Counted from the first letter of the stretch, positions 1 through 9,829 are shown. The stretch: 64,000 nt of DNA from Candidatus Latescibacterota bacterium (GCA_965208835.1 OZ242358.1:2720001-2784000); one strand, 5' to 3'. Notes: generated from the sequence alone by a model not told the origin. Program-made: numbers and translations.

Positions 1-967
1 TACCTTCGTTTGTGGCCCCCATCTTGACCCGAATGTAAGACCCGGGCGTGGGCCCGGTGGCCTTTAATACCTCGTCGCGGTTCATCACCATTTTCACCGG
101 ATGGCCGGACTTTTTCGAAAGTACAGCGGCAACAGGTTCCAGGTAAACCCTGATCTTGCCGCCGAATCCACCGCCGATTTCGGTGGGGATCACCCGGATA
201 TTCACAGGCGATATCTGCAGCAGACCCGCCAGCTGCTCGCGCACCGTAAACGATCCCTGGGTGCTGCACCAGACCGTAAGACGCCCGTCGGGGTTCCAGA
301 GCGCCGTGGCATTCTGGGGTTCGATGTATCCCTGGTGCACCGTGTCGGTTACGAATTCCCTTTCGATGACCACGTCGGCCTTTGCGAAGCCCGATTCGAT
401 ATCGCCCAGCTTGTGCTGAAAGTGCGTGGCGACATTGCTTGGCTTTCCAGTGTCTTCGCCCAGCGACTCCGTAGTGAGGGAATCATGCAGAAGCGGCGAT
501 TCCGGATTCATTGCCTCCCGTACGTCGAGCAGAGGCTCCAGGACCTCGTATTCCACGTCGATCAGCCCCAGCGCCTCCTCCGCGATATGCGGGCTGGTTG
601 CGGCCACGGCCGCCACCGCATGGCCGTCGTAGACTGCCTTTCCGTCGGCAAGCACGTTGGCGCGCAGGTCCACCATATTCGCCGCGCCTTCTCCCAGGTC
701 CTCCACCTTCTTCTCGGGTACGGGAATGTCGTCGACGGTGGCAATGGCCCTGACGCCGTCGAGCGCTTCGGCCTTTCCGGTATTGATGGATAAAATGCGC
801 GCGTGAGCATGAGGACTTCGCAATACTTTTCCGTAGATCAGGCCGGCCATCCGGACGTCGGCTCCATATATCGCACGCCCCGTAACCTTGTCCACGCCAT
901 CGTGCCTGATCGGCCTGGTGCCCAGCACCTTGTACTCCTGAATTCCGAGATAGTCCTCAGTTGGCAT
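1..967 (-). CDS. Xanthine dehydrogenase/CoxL-family molybdopterin-binding subunit (5' part only; runs off the left edge)
   Basis: Hand translation from ATG at 967: MPTEDYLGIQEYKVLGTRPIRHDGVDKVTGRAIYGAD...LRSPHAHARI...HQGYIEP...GGGFGGK. Start overlaps the stop of the 2Fe-2S gene. Absent from the ORF track because it has no stop in the window. Confidence 0.93.
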   Translation of the reverse strand, partial: MPTEDYLGIQEYKVLGTRPIRHDGVDKVTGRAIYGADVRMAGLIYGKVLRSPHAHARILSINTGKAEALDGVRAIATVDDIPVPEKKVEDLGEGAANMVDLRANVLADGKAVYDGHAVAAVAATSPHIAEEALGLIDVEYEVLEPLLDVREAMNPESPLLHDSLTTESLGEDTGKPSNVATHFQHKLGDIESGFAKADVVIEREFVTDTVHQGYIEPQNATALWNPDGRLTVWCSTQGSFTVREQLAGLLQISPVNIRVIPTEIGGGFGGKIRVYLEPVAAVLSKKSGHPVKMVMNRDEVLKATGPTPGSYIRVKMGATNEG

Positions 968-1449
968 CAGGCCGTCTCCTTCATCGTTCCGGCGGTGTCC
1001 ATCACCGCTCGGACGATCTTGTCGTATCCGGTGCACCGGCAGAGATTCCCTGCCAGCCACAGTCGAATCCGATGCTCGTCGGGTTCCGGTTCCCGATCGA
1101 GCAGCGCCTTCGCCGCCACGATAAACCCGGGCGTACATACACCGCACTGAAGCGCCGCATGTTCCAAGAACTTCTGCTGCAACGGATGCAGGCCCTCCGC
1201 GGTGGCCACCCCTTCAATTGTTGTGATTTCGCAGCCCTGTGCCTCAACCCCAAGCGCCAGGCAGGAGTTGATCACGCGTCCGTCGACGATGACGCTGCAG
1301 GCGCCGCAGTTGCCGTTCCCGCAACCCTCTTTGGCGCCGGTGAGACCCAGGTTGTCGCGAATCACCTCCAGCAGCGTATCGCGTGGTTCACACAGGAAAT
1401 CCGTTTCTTCTCCATTGATCGTCGTTGTGACATGAACTTTGCCGGCCAT
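967..1449 (-). CDS. CoxS/CutS-family (2Fe-2S)-binding subunit
   Basis: GAKEGCGNGNCGACSV, QCGVCTPG and GNLCRCTGY motifs. Confidence 0.95.
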   Translation of the reverse strand: MAGKVHVTTTINGEETDFLCEPRDTLLEVIRDNLGLTGAKEGCGNGNCGACSVIVDGRVINSCLALGVEAQGCEITTIEGVATAEGLHPLQQKFLEHAALQCGVCTPGFIVAAKALLDREPEPDEHRIRLWLAGNLCRCTGYDKIVRAVMDTAGTMKETA

Positions 1450-1501
1450 CTTTTGCGGACTCCTTTATTCGCGAATGATCGGAAGATTCCTGAGACGTAG
1501 A

Positions 1502-2371
1502 CTATCGGGCGCGTTCCACCGCGCCGCAAACTGCGCGCTTGGTGAGGACGCCCGCCAGGTGAACCCTTTGCTCTATGGTCCCGCGCATGTCCGTAATGGG
1601 TCTGGCGGACTGCCGGGCGATCTCGGCCGCCATTTCGATCGATTGATCCGATACCTCGCTGCCGGCAAGTGCGGCCCCTGCCGCGGGCAGGTAAAGCGGG
1701 ATGGGCGCCACGGCGCCAACGGCGATCCGGGCGGACTCAAACGTGTTCTTCCCGGCGTTCAACACCACGGATGCCGCGGCGTTGACAACGGCGATGTCCA
1801 TTTCGTTGCGGGGAATGAACCGGAGGAAATACGCCCCGGAGTTCGCCGCGGGAGGTGGAAAATGTACAGAAACGAGGAATTCGCCGTCCTGCAGCACCGT
1901 CTGCCCCGGTGCCGTGCAGAAGTCCTCCACGGCGACCTCTCTTTCTCCCGCCGGGCCTGCGATCCTCGCGGTGGCCCCCAGAACGATGAGCGTTGGAATC
2001 GTATCCGCCGCGGGGGACGCATTGCAAAGGTTTCCACCGATCGTCGCCCGACCCTGGATCTGGATGGATCCGATGAGTTCCGTCGAATCCACGAGCGCCG
2101 GGTAATTCGACGCGACATGCTCGTTCTCGTAGATGTCGCAGCAGGACACCCCTGCGCCGATCGTCAATCCCTTCCGGGCGTCGAACGCGAGCTCGTTAGC
2201 CGCGGGAATTTTCTTTACATCCACCAGCACCTTCACCTGCCGCCGCCCCTCTTTCAACTGTGCAATGATGTCGGAACCACCGGCCAACATCCTGGCATCA
2301 GACCCGTTTTCCGAGAGTACGGCGACGGCTTCGTCTACAGATTGTGGCGCTACGTAATCGAACGCATACAA
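1502..2371 (-). CDS. CoxM/CutM-family FAD-binding subunit
   Basis: LAGGSD and ATIGGNLCNASPAAD motifs; likely TTG start at 2371 after a CAGGAG RBS. Confidence 0.93.
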   Translation of the reverse strand: MYAFDYVAPQSVDEAVAVLSENGSDARMLAGGSDIIAQLKEGRRQVKVLVDVKKIPAANELAFDARKGLTIGAGVSCCDIYENEHVASNYPALVDSTELIGSIQIQGRATIGGNLCNASPAADTIPTLIVLGATARIAGPAGEREVAVEDFCTAPGQTVLQDGEFLVSVHFPPPAANSGAYFLRFIPRNEMDIAVVNAAASVVLNAGKNTFESARIAVGAVAPIPLYLPAAGAALAGSEVSDQSIEMAAEIARQSARPITDMRGTIEQRVHLAGVLTKRAVCGAVERAR

Positions 2372-2432
2372 GGTTCGTTCCTCCTGTACTGATGACTCAA
2401 CAGCCCGTTGAAAAAGCCCGGGATTGCGGCTA

Positions 2433-2461
2433 AGGATAAAGCCTCTTTCGCGTGATGTCAA
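2433..2461 (-). promoter_or_regulatory. Sigma70-type promoter for the coxMSL-like operon
   Basis: Minus strand TTGACA-17 nt-TATCCT. Confidence 0.55.
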
Positions 2462-2557
2462 GGGTTTTCCGGGCGCCCGATACGGTCCGCCCAGCCACCG
2501 TGCGCATGGCGGCCGGAACTCCATTTCCCGGCGCGAAACCACACGACCTCTGGCGCC

Positions 2558-3685
2558 TCAAGCCGCCGGGACGGCCGTCTTCGCGCCACTGGCGGACAAC
2601 ACCGTATATCCGTTTCGGGATACCACCTGATCCACCGCGTTGAAAACTCGCTTCATCGGTTTGAGGTACAGGCCCGGACGCATCGCGACGACCGCGAATC
2701 GCCCCTTCGGTTCGAGGTGTCGGGCGGCGCCCTGGACGAATCGCCGTGCCGTTGCCGCTCCCTCATGGGTGGGCCCGTTGCACAGGATGAGATCAAAGAC
2801 CCGACCCGAAACGGCTTCGAATCCGTCGCTGAGGGAAACCCGAGCGTTCGCCAGCCCGTTCCGGGCGATATTTCGCCTTGCGCAGCGAACCGCAAGCAGG
2901 TTGGAATCGAGCAACCGCACTTCGCGCGCCCGTTTCCCGGCCGCGATGCCGATCGCGCCGTAACCGCAACCCAGATCGAGTACGAGATCGCCAGCGTTGG
3001 CGTCGACCGCTTCAATCAGAATCCGGGTGCCAGGATCCAGTCCTCGACTCGAAAAGACGCCCGCAGACGCCTCAAACGTGCAAGTGCCCCCAGGCATATC
3101 CGCTACTTCGAAGACATGCGACGCGATCACCGGATGCGCGCCGTTTGCGGGAGTGCACTTGTCCGACCGGTACACGCGAAAACCCGATTTCGACGTCGCC
3201 GTTTCAACCCGCCCGAAGACCGCCTCCAGGCGGCGGCGATAGCTCTCCACGCCCGCATTGCGCCGTCCGGCCAGCAGGAAACGTCCGTGCATGGCCATTT
3301 TCCCGAACGCCGCATCGATGAGTTCGAACACACGCGCCTTGGACTCCCATCGGGCGGGAGCGTAAAGAACCGCGTCGAAGCACGGGCCGGCGAGGACCGC
3401 CGGCGACACTTCGAGCCAGGCGCACGCATTGTCCAGCGCCATTTGCCGGATCGCGTCCTCGCAAATCCTGATGGCGCGCAGGTCGGGACTAACGAAATGG
3501 ATACCGGCGGCGTCCAGTTCGAGCCCGGTGGGACGCCCGGCCATTCCCAGATCCAGAACGCGTTCGTGGGGTTCGACTGCCGCAGCCGCGAGCAATGCGG
3601 AGGCTTCCTGAGTCCGGAGTTTTCGGAATCTATCGATGAGCCGTCCATTCGATTTCGACGTCGGGTGCGGTACGGACCGGCACAA
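2558..3685 (-). CDS. Class I SAM-dependent methyltransferase, RsmC/RlmG-like (MTS domain)
   Basis: GVFSSRGLDPGTRILI, VLDLGCGYGAIG, DLILCNGPTH; degenerate N-terminal MTase domain. Confidence 0.85.
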   Translation of the reverse strand: MCRSVPHPTSKSNGRLIDRFRKLRTQEASALLAAAAVEPHERVLDLGMAGRPTGLELDAAGIHFVSPDLRAIRICEDAIRQMALDNACAWLEVSPAVLAGPCFDAVLYAPARWESKARVFELIDAAFGKMAMHGRFLLAGRRNAGVESYRRRLEAVFGRVETATSKSGFRVYRSDKCTPANGAHPVIASHVFEVADMPGGTCTFEASAGVFSSRGLDPGTRILIEAVDANAGDLVLDLGCGYGAIGIAAGKRAREVRLLDSNLLAVRCARRNIARNGLANARVSLSDGFEAVSGRVFDLILCNGPTHEGAATARRFVQGAARHLEPKGRFAVVAMRPGLYLKPMKRVFNAVDQVVSRNGYTVLSASGAKTAVPAA

Positions 3686-3692
3686 TGGCTTC

Positions 3693-3740
3693 TTGACAAC
3701 AGGCGGTGAGTCACATATATTAATCTAGACTGTCTAGATT
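3693..3740 (+). promoter_or_regulatory. TA operon promoter with operator palindrome
   Basis: TTGACA(3693)-17 nt-TATATT, then perfect inverted repeat AATCTAGAC-T-GTCTAGATT (3722-3740). Confidence 0.75.
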
Positions 3741-3760
3741 TTTAAACAGGAGGATAATTG

Positions 3761-4012
3761 ATGAATACAGTTTGGGCGTTACAGGATGCCAAGAATCGAT
3801 TGAGCGAGGTGGTGAACAGTGCTGTCCGAGAAGGCCCTCAAACGATCACCCGCCGAGGCAAAGAAACGGCCGTCGTGATTTCCATTGAAGACTTTCAGCA
3901 ACTTACGACATCCCCGGGCTCTCTGGTTTCCTTCTTCCGCAATTCCCCCCTGTCCGGTTCGGCCCTTGACCTGGAAAGGAATCCGGATGACGGACGGGAG
4001 GTTGTTCTATGA
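3761..4012 (+). CDS. Phd/YefM-family antitoxin
   Basis: WALQDAKNRLSEVV...GPQTITRRGKETAVVIS; AGGAGG RBS. Confidence 0.93.
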   Translation: MNTVWALQDAKNRLSEVVNSAVREGPQTITRRGKETAVVISIEDFQQLTTSPGSLVSFFRNSPLSGSALDLERNPDDGREVVL

Positions 4013-4443
4013 GATACCTGCTCGACACCTGCGTCATTTCGGAAGTCGTGAAAAAGGCGCCTTCAAGCAAGGTAACGCAGTGGCTGGAACGGCAGGACGA
4101 GCTTTCGCTGTTTCTGAGCGTCATCACCTTCGGCGAACTACATAAGGGCATCGGACAATTGCGGACAGGGCGGAAACAGCGGGAACTGCATGATTGGGTC
4201 GAGGGCCAGCTGAGCAGGCGATTTACTGGACGAATTCTGGACATCGACAAGGACGTTGCCGTCCGTTGGGGCGAGATCTCGGCGGCGGCCGGAAGGGTCG
4301 GTCGAAATGTACCCGTACTGGACGGTCTGTTGGCTGCAACCGCCCTGACTTTCGGTTTGACGTTTGTCACGCGAAACACCGATCGCGTCCTTGAAACCGG
4401 TGTTCGTCTGCTCGATCCCTGGGAAACAGGATTCCCGCAATAG
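4009..4443 (+). CDS. vapC: VapC-family PIN-domain toxin
   Basis: YLLDTCVISE, SVITFGEL, DGLLAATA, VTRN; ATGA overlap with the antitoxin. Confidence 0.93.
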   Translation: MRYLLDTCVISEVVKKAPSSKVTQWLERQDELSLFLSVITFGELHKGIGQLRTGRKQRELHDWVEGQLSRRFTGRILDIDKDVAVRWGEISAAAGRVGRNVPVLDGLLAATALTFGLTFVTRNTDRVLETGVRLLDPWETGFPQ

Positions 4444-4460
4444 GTCTCGACGCGAAGGGT

Positions 4461-5279
4461 TTACCCACTGCGCTTGAGGCGCCCCGTCCGCTTGGCGTAC
4501 ACCTCAGCCACGTGGAAGATCCACAGTCCCAGGGGAACCATGATTATGCCCGAGACCGTCAGAATAATGAGGTCGCCCTGAACGTCGGCGATACTCGCGT
4601 TGTCGAGCAGGGCCGTCCTGATGGAGCGGAGCGCATAGGTTCCGGGCGAAAAGGTGGATAACGGCCGCAGCCAATCAGGCAGTACCGACACATCGTAGTA
4701 GACCCCTGATATCAGCAGCACCAGCGTTCCGAATATGTCAGTCGCCCGTGCGCCTTTCTCCGGCGAAAGAAGCGGAAATACGGCAGCCATCAGCCCCATT
4801 CCCAGAAACGAGAGACTGGCCGTGGCCAAAACGGCGACCGCCGTGGTCAGATTCGCATCTGACAGGCTCAGATCGAAAAACAAAACGGCCGATACGAGGA
4901 CGATGCCGGACCTGAGAAACCCGTATATGATCGCATATATGCATTGTCCGGCGAGATGCGTAAGCCTGTAGACCGGAGACATAAAGGTGTATTCGATGGT
5001 CCCTTCCCACCGCTCCCAGGCGACGGCGTCAGCGACTTCGAAAAACAGAAGTCGCAGGAAGTTCCATAGCACGGCGCCCACAATCAGGAAGAGCACTGCC
5101 TCCCGCACCTTCTCGGGGTCGTCTCCGCCCATATACACACCGATCAAACCGATCGTCAACGCGTGCACTACGTTCCAGACTACAAAAATCAGTTCCCAGC
5201 TTGCGTATCGCCTCGCGAGATTGAAATTTCGCTCGATAAAGGCTACCGACGCCTTGATCTCGGCCGTCAAGGGGTTCAC
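4461..5279 (-). CDS. ABC-2 type transporter permease
   Basis: About six hydrophobic segments; WERWEGTIEY and SGVYY...LPDWL motifs. Confidence 0.88.
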   Translation of the reverse strand: MNPLTAEIKASVAFIERNFNLARRYASWELIFVVWNVVHALTIGLIGVYMGGDDPEKVREAVLFLIVGAVLWNFLRLLFFEVADAVAWERWEGTIEYTFMSPVYRLTHLAGQCIYAIIYGFLRSGIVLVSAVLFFDLSLSDANLTTAVAVLATASLSFLGMGLMAAVFPLLSPEKGARATDIFGTLVLLISGVYYDVSVLPDWLRPLSTFSPGTYALRSIRTALLDNASIADVQGDLIILTVSGIIMVPLGLWIFHVAEVYAKRTGRLKRSG

Positions 5280-6139
5280 TCCCGGTCTCCTTCCGCGTCG
5301 CCTTCCAGATCGGCATGGGCAAGATCCATTCCCGTCATCTTGAAAAACACATCCTCCAGACTGCCCCCCACGCAGCCTGCGCGGACCTTGAGTTCATCGA
5401 CCGTTCCCATGGCGATGAATTTCCCGTGATGGATGATCGAGACCCGGTTGCAAACCCGTTCCGCTTCGTCCATGTCGTGCGTCGTTAACAGAACGGTCGC
5501 TTCGTGGCGCTCTCGTATTCCCAACACGTAGTCCTGGACCTGTCGTTTCGACACCGGGTCCAGTCCCGTCGTCGGCTCGTCCATCAACAGCAGAACCGGT
5601 GAGGTCAGGAGTGCGCGGGCGACGGCCACTTTCTGCTGCATGCCGCGTGACAGATCTTCCACGGGCTGGTCCACCCGGTCTGCGCCAAAGCCCAGCTCGG
5701 CCAGAATCGCCGTGGCTCGACGTCGGCCCTCACGCACGGGAACTCCGTACAACCGGGCCGCGTAACTCAGGTTTTCCCACGCCGACAGCTTTTTGAAAAA
5801 GGCCGCGTCGACGGACACCCGATTGATACAACGCCGCACGCCCATCGCATCCCGTTCAACGTGCAGCCCGAATACATGGGCCTCGCCACTGTCCGGGAAG
5901 ACGAGGGTCGAGAGGATTCGAATCAGTGTCGACTTCCCTGAGCCATTCGGACCCAGAATTCCGAAAATCTCGCCTCGTTTCACCTCAAACCCGACCCGGT
6001 CCACGGCCAGGATTTCTCTTCGGCGCCGCCTGAATCGGTCGAAAAATCCGTTCCCCCGGGACCTCTCGTTATCGGGCACCCGGAAGACCTTGGTCAAATC
6101 CGTCGCCCGAACCGCTGGCGCGTCATAATCGATGTCCAA
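5276..6139 (-). CDS. ABC transporter ATP-binding protein
   Basis: GPNGSGKST, LSRGMQQK, LLMDEPT, TTH; start uncertain (TTG at 6139 chosen). Confidence 0.92.
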   Translation of the reverse strand: MDIDYDAPAVRATDLTKVFRVPDNERSRGNGFFDRFRRRRREILAVDRVGFEVKRGEIFGILGPNGSGKSTLIRILSTLVFPDSGEAHVFGLHVERDAMGVRRCINRVSVDAAFFKKLSAWENLSYAARLYGVPVREGRRRATAILAELGFGADRVDQPVEDLSRGMQQKVAVARALLTSPVLLLMDEPTTGLDPVSKRQVQDYVLGIRERHEATVLLTTHDMDEAERVCNRVSIIHHGKFIAMGTVDELKVRAGCVGGSLEDVFFKMTGMDLAHADLEGDAEGDRE

Positions 6140-6268
6140 CGCGGATTGCCCCTTCCCGGCGGCGACCGCCGCCTCTGCCACGATACACCCGCACCCACCC
6201 GGTGCGTGCCGGTATGCTCCGGAGTCCGAGACGGCACGAACCGGGAACGAGAGCGCCCGCGGTTGATG

Positions 6269-6306
6269 AAAAAAGAAAACAAAAAGGGATGCGCCTCTGC
6301 GCATCC
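6269..6306 (-). terminator. Rho-independent terminator
   Basis: Minus strand GGATGCGC-AGAG-GCGCATCC followed by CTTTTTGTTTTCTTTTTT. Confidence 0.75.
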
Positions 6307-6498
6307 TGGTATGGACCCACGTTACGTCGCCCGCAACATCCGAACCGCTCCGCATACGCCGTGCGAAGCCACGCTATTGCGGCGATACCGCCCATTCCCT
6401 CGGCAACCTCCGGCTGCGCCTCGTCGGCGACGCGACCCGGATACCCCGAATTCCAAGTTTGACCGTCTGGACTGCCGTCCTGAAACGCACTTCCGCGC

Positions 6499-6936
6499 TC
6501 AGCGTCCCTTCTGTCCATCGTAGGAATTGTGATCCGTGACTTGTGTAGATACCGGCAACCCCGAATCCCGCCATCCGGCGACCTCCACCATCCCGGTTCC
6601 GGGATTGACCTTTCCGCCGAAACCCCCGACGACATTTGCAATGTTCAGATATCCGGCCTTTTCCAGCATTTCCGCCGCGTACTGTGAACGCACACCCGAC
6701 TGGCAGCCGCAGTAAATTTTCGTCTCACGGTTCAGCACACGCTCCGCCACGGCCTGAAAATCAGGGTTGGGCATCATGCCGCCGGCCGGACTTTGAAAGG
6801 CGACCGGAATATTGACGGCGCCCTCGGGGTGGCCCGCTGCGAATTCAGCTTCGGTACGCACATCCAGGTAAACCGCGTCGGCTTCGGCGTCGAGTCCCGC
6901 CTTTGCATCGGATGCCGAAATCTGCTCAATTGCCAT
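6499..6936 (-). CDS. Rhodanese-like domain protein
   Basis: YLDVRTEAEFAAGHPEGAVNIP and active-site CQSGVRS; GGAGG RBS. Confidence 0.92.
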   Translation of the reverse strand: MAIEQISASDAKAGLDAEADAVYLDVRTEAEFAAGHPEGAVNIPVAFQSPAGGMMPNPDFQAVAERVLNRETKIYCGCQSGVRSQYAAEMLEKAGYLNIANVVGGFGGKVNPGTGMVEVAGWRDSGLPVSTQVTDHNSYDGQKGR

Positions 6937-7108
6937 GGACGAGTCCCTCCTCGTATCCGCCAGTCCATCACGCCAGCGTAGTCCATACAGACGTGCCACA
7001 TTCCTGAGTCGCGTCTTCAATAACACAGCAGATTGAACCGCGTTCGTAACACGGCGGTCGATTCCCGATCATCAAATATACGCCCTTGCACCCCACATTG
7101 CAAGTCCT

Positions 7109-9037
7109 CTACTCTGAACTTTGCAATTCTCCCAGATTCACCTGGCAAATCTCGAATCCGGAGGCGAAATACAGCGTACGGTCAACGATCGTCAGGTACT
7201 CTCCACTCTCGTGAATCACGGGTATATACTCGACCTCATCGCCGCGGAATTCCAGATGACCGATCTTACCCCCGGCAGACGTCCACAACCGGCCTGCCGG
7301 CGCGTCCAACACCACCTCTCGACATCCCGGTGGTGCCGGGCCCAGATCCCGCAAATCGCCCTCCCGGGCATTCCAACCGTAGAATCTCCCCCGCTGCGAC
7401 GCAAGCACCTCTCCCGACGCCAGGACGACCAGCACCCTGGCGGCGCTTTCGCCGTCTGCAATGGGCTGCGATCGTGCGACCGTCAGACTGTCCATATCGA
7501 ATGACAGCAGGCGGCCGGTGGTCTGGGTGGGCGGCGTGGAGTTCGCGTCCGCGAAGATCTCGGTTCCGCAGTAGACCCGGCGGCGGTCCGGATCGACCTG
7601 AACCGAGTTCACCTTCTGGTCCTGCACGAGATGGCGCCAGACCAGGATCTCGCCTGTCTTCGGATCGATGCGGCTGAGCGCGCCGCCCAGATGTCCGTAT
7701 TCGGGGCTGGTAGTCATCCAGACGTACCGGCCGTCGTGCACCAGGCCCGTGGGTCTCATCTGGCCTTCGTGCTGCGCGCTGGCCAGCACGCGCGGGTTGT
7801 TGGGCCAGTCCGGCCTTGCTTCGGGATCGAATGCGGTCACACTGGAGGTTGTGTAGCTGCTCTGGAGGACCCGCCGGGTGATCGGCTCCCAGATAATCTG
7901 GTTGATCTGCCCTCCTCCCGGCGCCGCCCGCCCGAAATCCTCGCCGCCTCCGGTTTCCATGTCGACCATCCAGAACCGCTGATTGATGAACGGAGCGCCG
8001 AAGATCAATCCCCTTTCCGGCACGGGGCAAAGGGCGTGCGCGCTCATCGGGCCGGTACTTTCCAGGTCCATTCGGTCCGTGTTTCCCGTACCCGGATCGA
8101 ACCGGAGGGCGATGCCATTCAGGGACACGCCGCAGACGAAGCGCTCGCCCCAACGACGAATAGTTGCCGGTCCGCCTTCCGTCCAATCCGCCGCGGCAAC
8201 GCCCCATTCCGCCGCTTCGCGATCCAGAGTGTAGAGGTGACCATCTGACGCGCTGTAGGCGAAGAGCCTCCCGTTGACCACGCAGGCGCCGCTACCGACG
8301 TTACCACGCGCGGGACCCGGAATCCGCTCTTGCAGATCGAGGCCGGGATAAGACATAAAGTGAAGCTCGCCTCGTACAAATGCCGCCAATGTATGGTCGT
8401 CCCAGAAGAACGCGTCGGACGTCGAACCGACGCCCTGTATATTTTCCGGGGTATGGGACTCGGCGGTCATCGTTTGGGGGTCGAGCAGAACGAACCGCGC
8501 CTGCGGAATGTCTATTGCGAGGAGGATTCTCCCGTCCGGCGCCTCCATGACACGGTGTGCATAAAGGGCGGTCGGGTATTCCGCGTCGACGGGCCGAAAT
8601 ACCTTGACGAGCCGCGACTCCCGCCAGTCGTACACCCCCACGTCGCCAGGGGATGCCTCCCAGACCGCATACCTGTCCGTCACGCATCCGCCCCACGTAA
8701 TGGACTTCAATTCGCCGGTTACCAGAATTTTGAAGCGATCGGCAACAGGGTCGTACCGGACCAGGTCCCCGTTACCGCAGCCCAGATAGAGGCAACCGTC
8801 GGCTGCGGTTCTCAACATATAGGCGCCGGGTATTCCTTCGGGAAGACTCCGCAATCCCTTTGATCCGGAATCCGGATTCCAGAAATAAATCCTGCCCCCG
8901 GAACTACCGCCCCATACACTGCTGACCAGATGGTCTTCACCCTGAAACGAGACCTGCTCCACCTCGGCATTGATGAAGGGCAGCCTGCTGTGCGGTATGG
9001 CGTACCGTCTGATGGATGCCATTTCCACTCCTGTCAT
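7109..9037 (-). CDS. Hypothetical beta-propeller (PQQ/WD40-like) protein
   Basis: 642-aa ORF with repeated Y/F-D-P-x-T-G turns; no obvious signal peptide. Confidence 0.65.
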   Translation of the reverse strand: MTGVEMASIRRYAIPHSRLPFINAEVEQVSFQGEDHLVSSVWGGSSGGRIYFWNPDSGSKGLRSLPEGIPGAYMLRTAADGCLYLGCGNGDLVRYDPVADRFKILVTGELKSITWGGCVTDRYAVWEASPGDVGVYDWRESRLVKVFRPVDAEYPTALYAHRVMEAPDGRILLAIDIPQARFVLLDPQTMTAESHTPENIQGVGSTSDAFFWDDHTLAAFVRGELHFMSYPGLDLQERIPGPARGNVGSGACVVNGRLFAYSASDGHLYTLDREAAEWGVAAADWTEGGPATIRRWGERFVCGVSLNGIALRFDPGTGNTDRMDLESTGPMSAHALCPVPERGLIFGAPFINQRFWMVDMETGGGEDFGRAAPGGGQINQIIWEPITRRVLQSSYTTSSVTAFDPEARPDWPNNPRVLASAQHEGQMRPTGLVHDGRYVWMTTSPEYGHLGGALSRIDPKTGEILVWRHLVQDQKVNSVQVDPDRRRVYCGTEIFADANSTPPTQTTGRLLSFDMDSLTVARSQPIADGESAARVLVVLASGEVLASQRGRFYGWNAREGDLRDLGPAPPGCREVVLDAPAGRLWTSAGGKIGHLEFRGDEVEYIPVIHESGEYLTIVDRTLYFASGFEICQVNLGELQSSE

Positions 9038-9151
9038 CCGGATCGCGCTGGTAAGTTCTTCAATGAAATCTCCAGCGTCGACCCGAATAGATTCAATGTC
9101 TATAAATTTAATTTACTGTGACACCGTAATATACCACGAATTAATCATGTT

Positions 9152-9769
9152 TTACTCTATATATCTGCGAACCTCGATAACCTTTCCCAGGATCGAAAAC
9201 GGATCTCCGTCTTCACGAGGAATAATGGATTCGAAGGCTTCGTTTTCCGGGTGCAGTTCGATGCGGCCGCTCTTCTCCCGGTATCTCTTGACCGTCGCCT
9301 CCTCGCCCACCATGGCGACGACGATATCTCCCGGCCTTGCAGCCTGCTGTCGACGAACAATCACGGTGTCGCCGTGCAGGATGCCCGCCCTGAGCATACT
9401 GTCCCCCTGTACCGTGAGGGCGAAGAGTTCCGCGCCGTCGTATCGGGTCTGCTGGACCGGGAGGTAGTCATCCGGATTCTGAATGGCCGCAGTCAGGTCT
9501 CCGGCCTGGACCCGCCCCAGCACGGGTATCTGATGAGAGGAACGCGCGCTGCCCATCTTCGGCAGCCGGTGCGATCTCGCCTTTCCGGACTCTTTGACCA
9601 GCCTGCCCTCCAGTACCAACGCCTCCAGGTGTTGCCGGGCCGACTGCACCGCCCGGAATCCGAACGCCTTCTGCACCTCCCGCGTGCTGGGCGGGGTTCC
9701 ATTCAGGATCCGCTCCCTTACAAACTCATAGATTTTCTCACGCGTCTGCCCGGGCGGCGTATAGGCCAT
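9152..9769 (-). CDS. lexA: SOS repressor LexA
   Basis: PPSTREV HTH, GRVQAG cleavage site, GDSM catalytic Ser, ATVK catalytic Lys. Confidence 0.95.
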   Translation of the reverse strand: MAYTPPGQTREKIYEFVRERILNGTPPSTREVQKAFGFRAVQSARQHLEALVLEGRLVKESGKARSHRLPKMGSARSSHQIPVLGRVQAGDLTAAIQNPDDYLPVQQTRYDGAELFALTVQGDSMLRAGILHGDTVIVRRQQAARPGDIVVAMVGEEATVKRYREKSGRIELHPENEAFESIIPREDGDPFSILGKVIEVRRYIE

Positions 9770-9829
9770 CTTTCACTCCTGGACTCGATCCATTGCAATT
9801 TGCTGACGGCCGGAACGAATTAATAAAAA

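Noticed and set aside
101-793. Long plus-strand ORFs opposite real genes (also 1439-2392, 11280-12788, 24278-26026, 29284-30498, 53040-54224 and others)
   Set aside because: Antisense shadow ORFs expected in GC-rich DNA; the opposite strand carries recognisable protein families
1-2371. Calling the operon a true aerobic CO dehydrogenase
   Set aside because: The diagnostic active-site loop (AYxCSFR) would lie outside the window; only the family can be assigned
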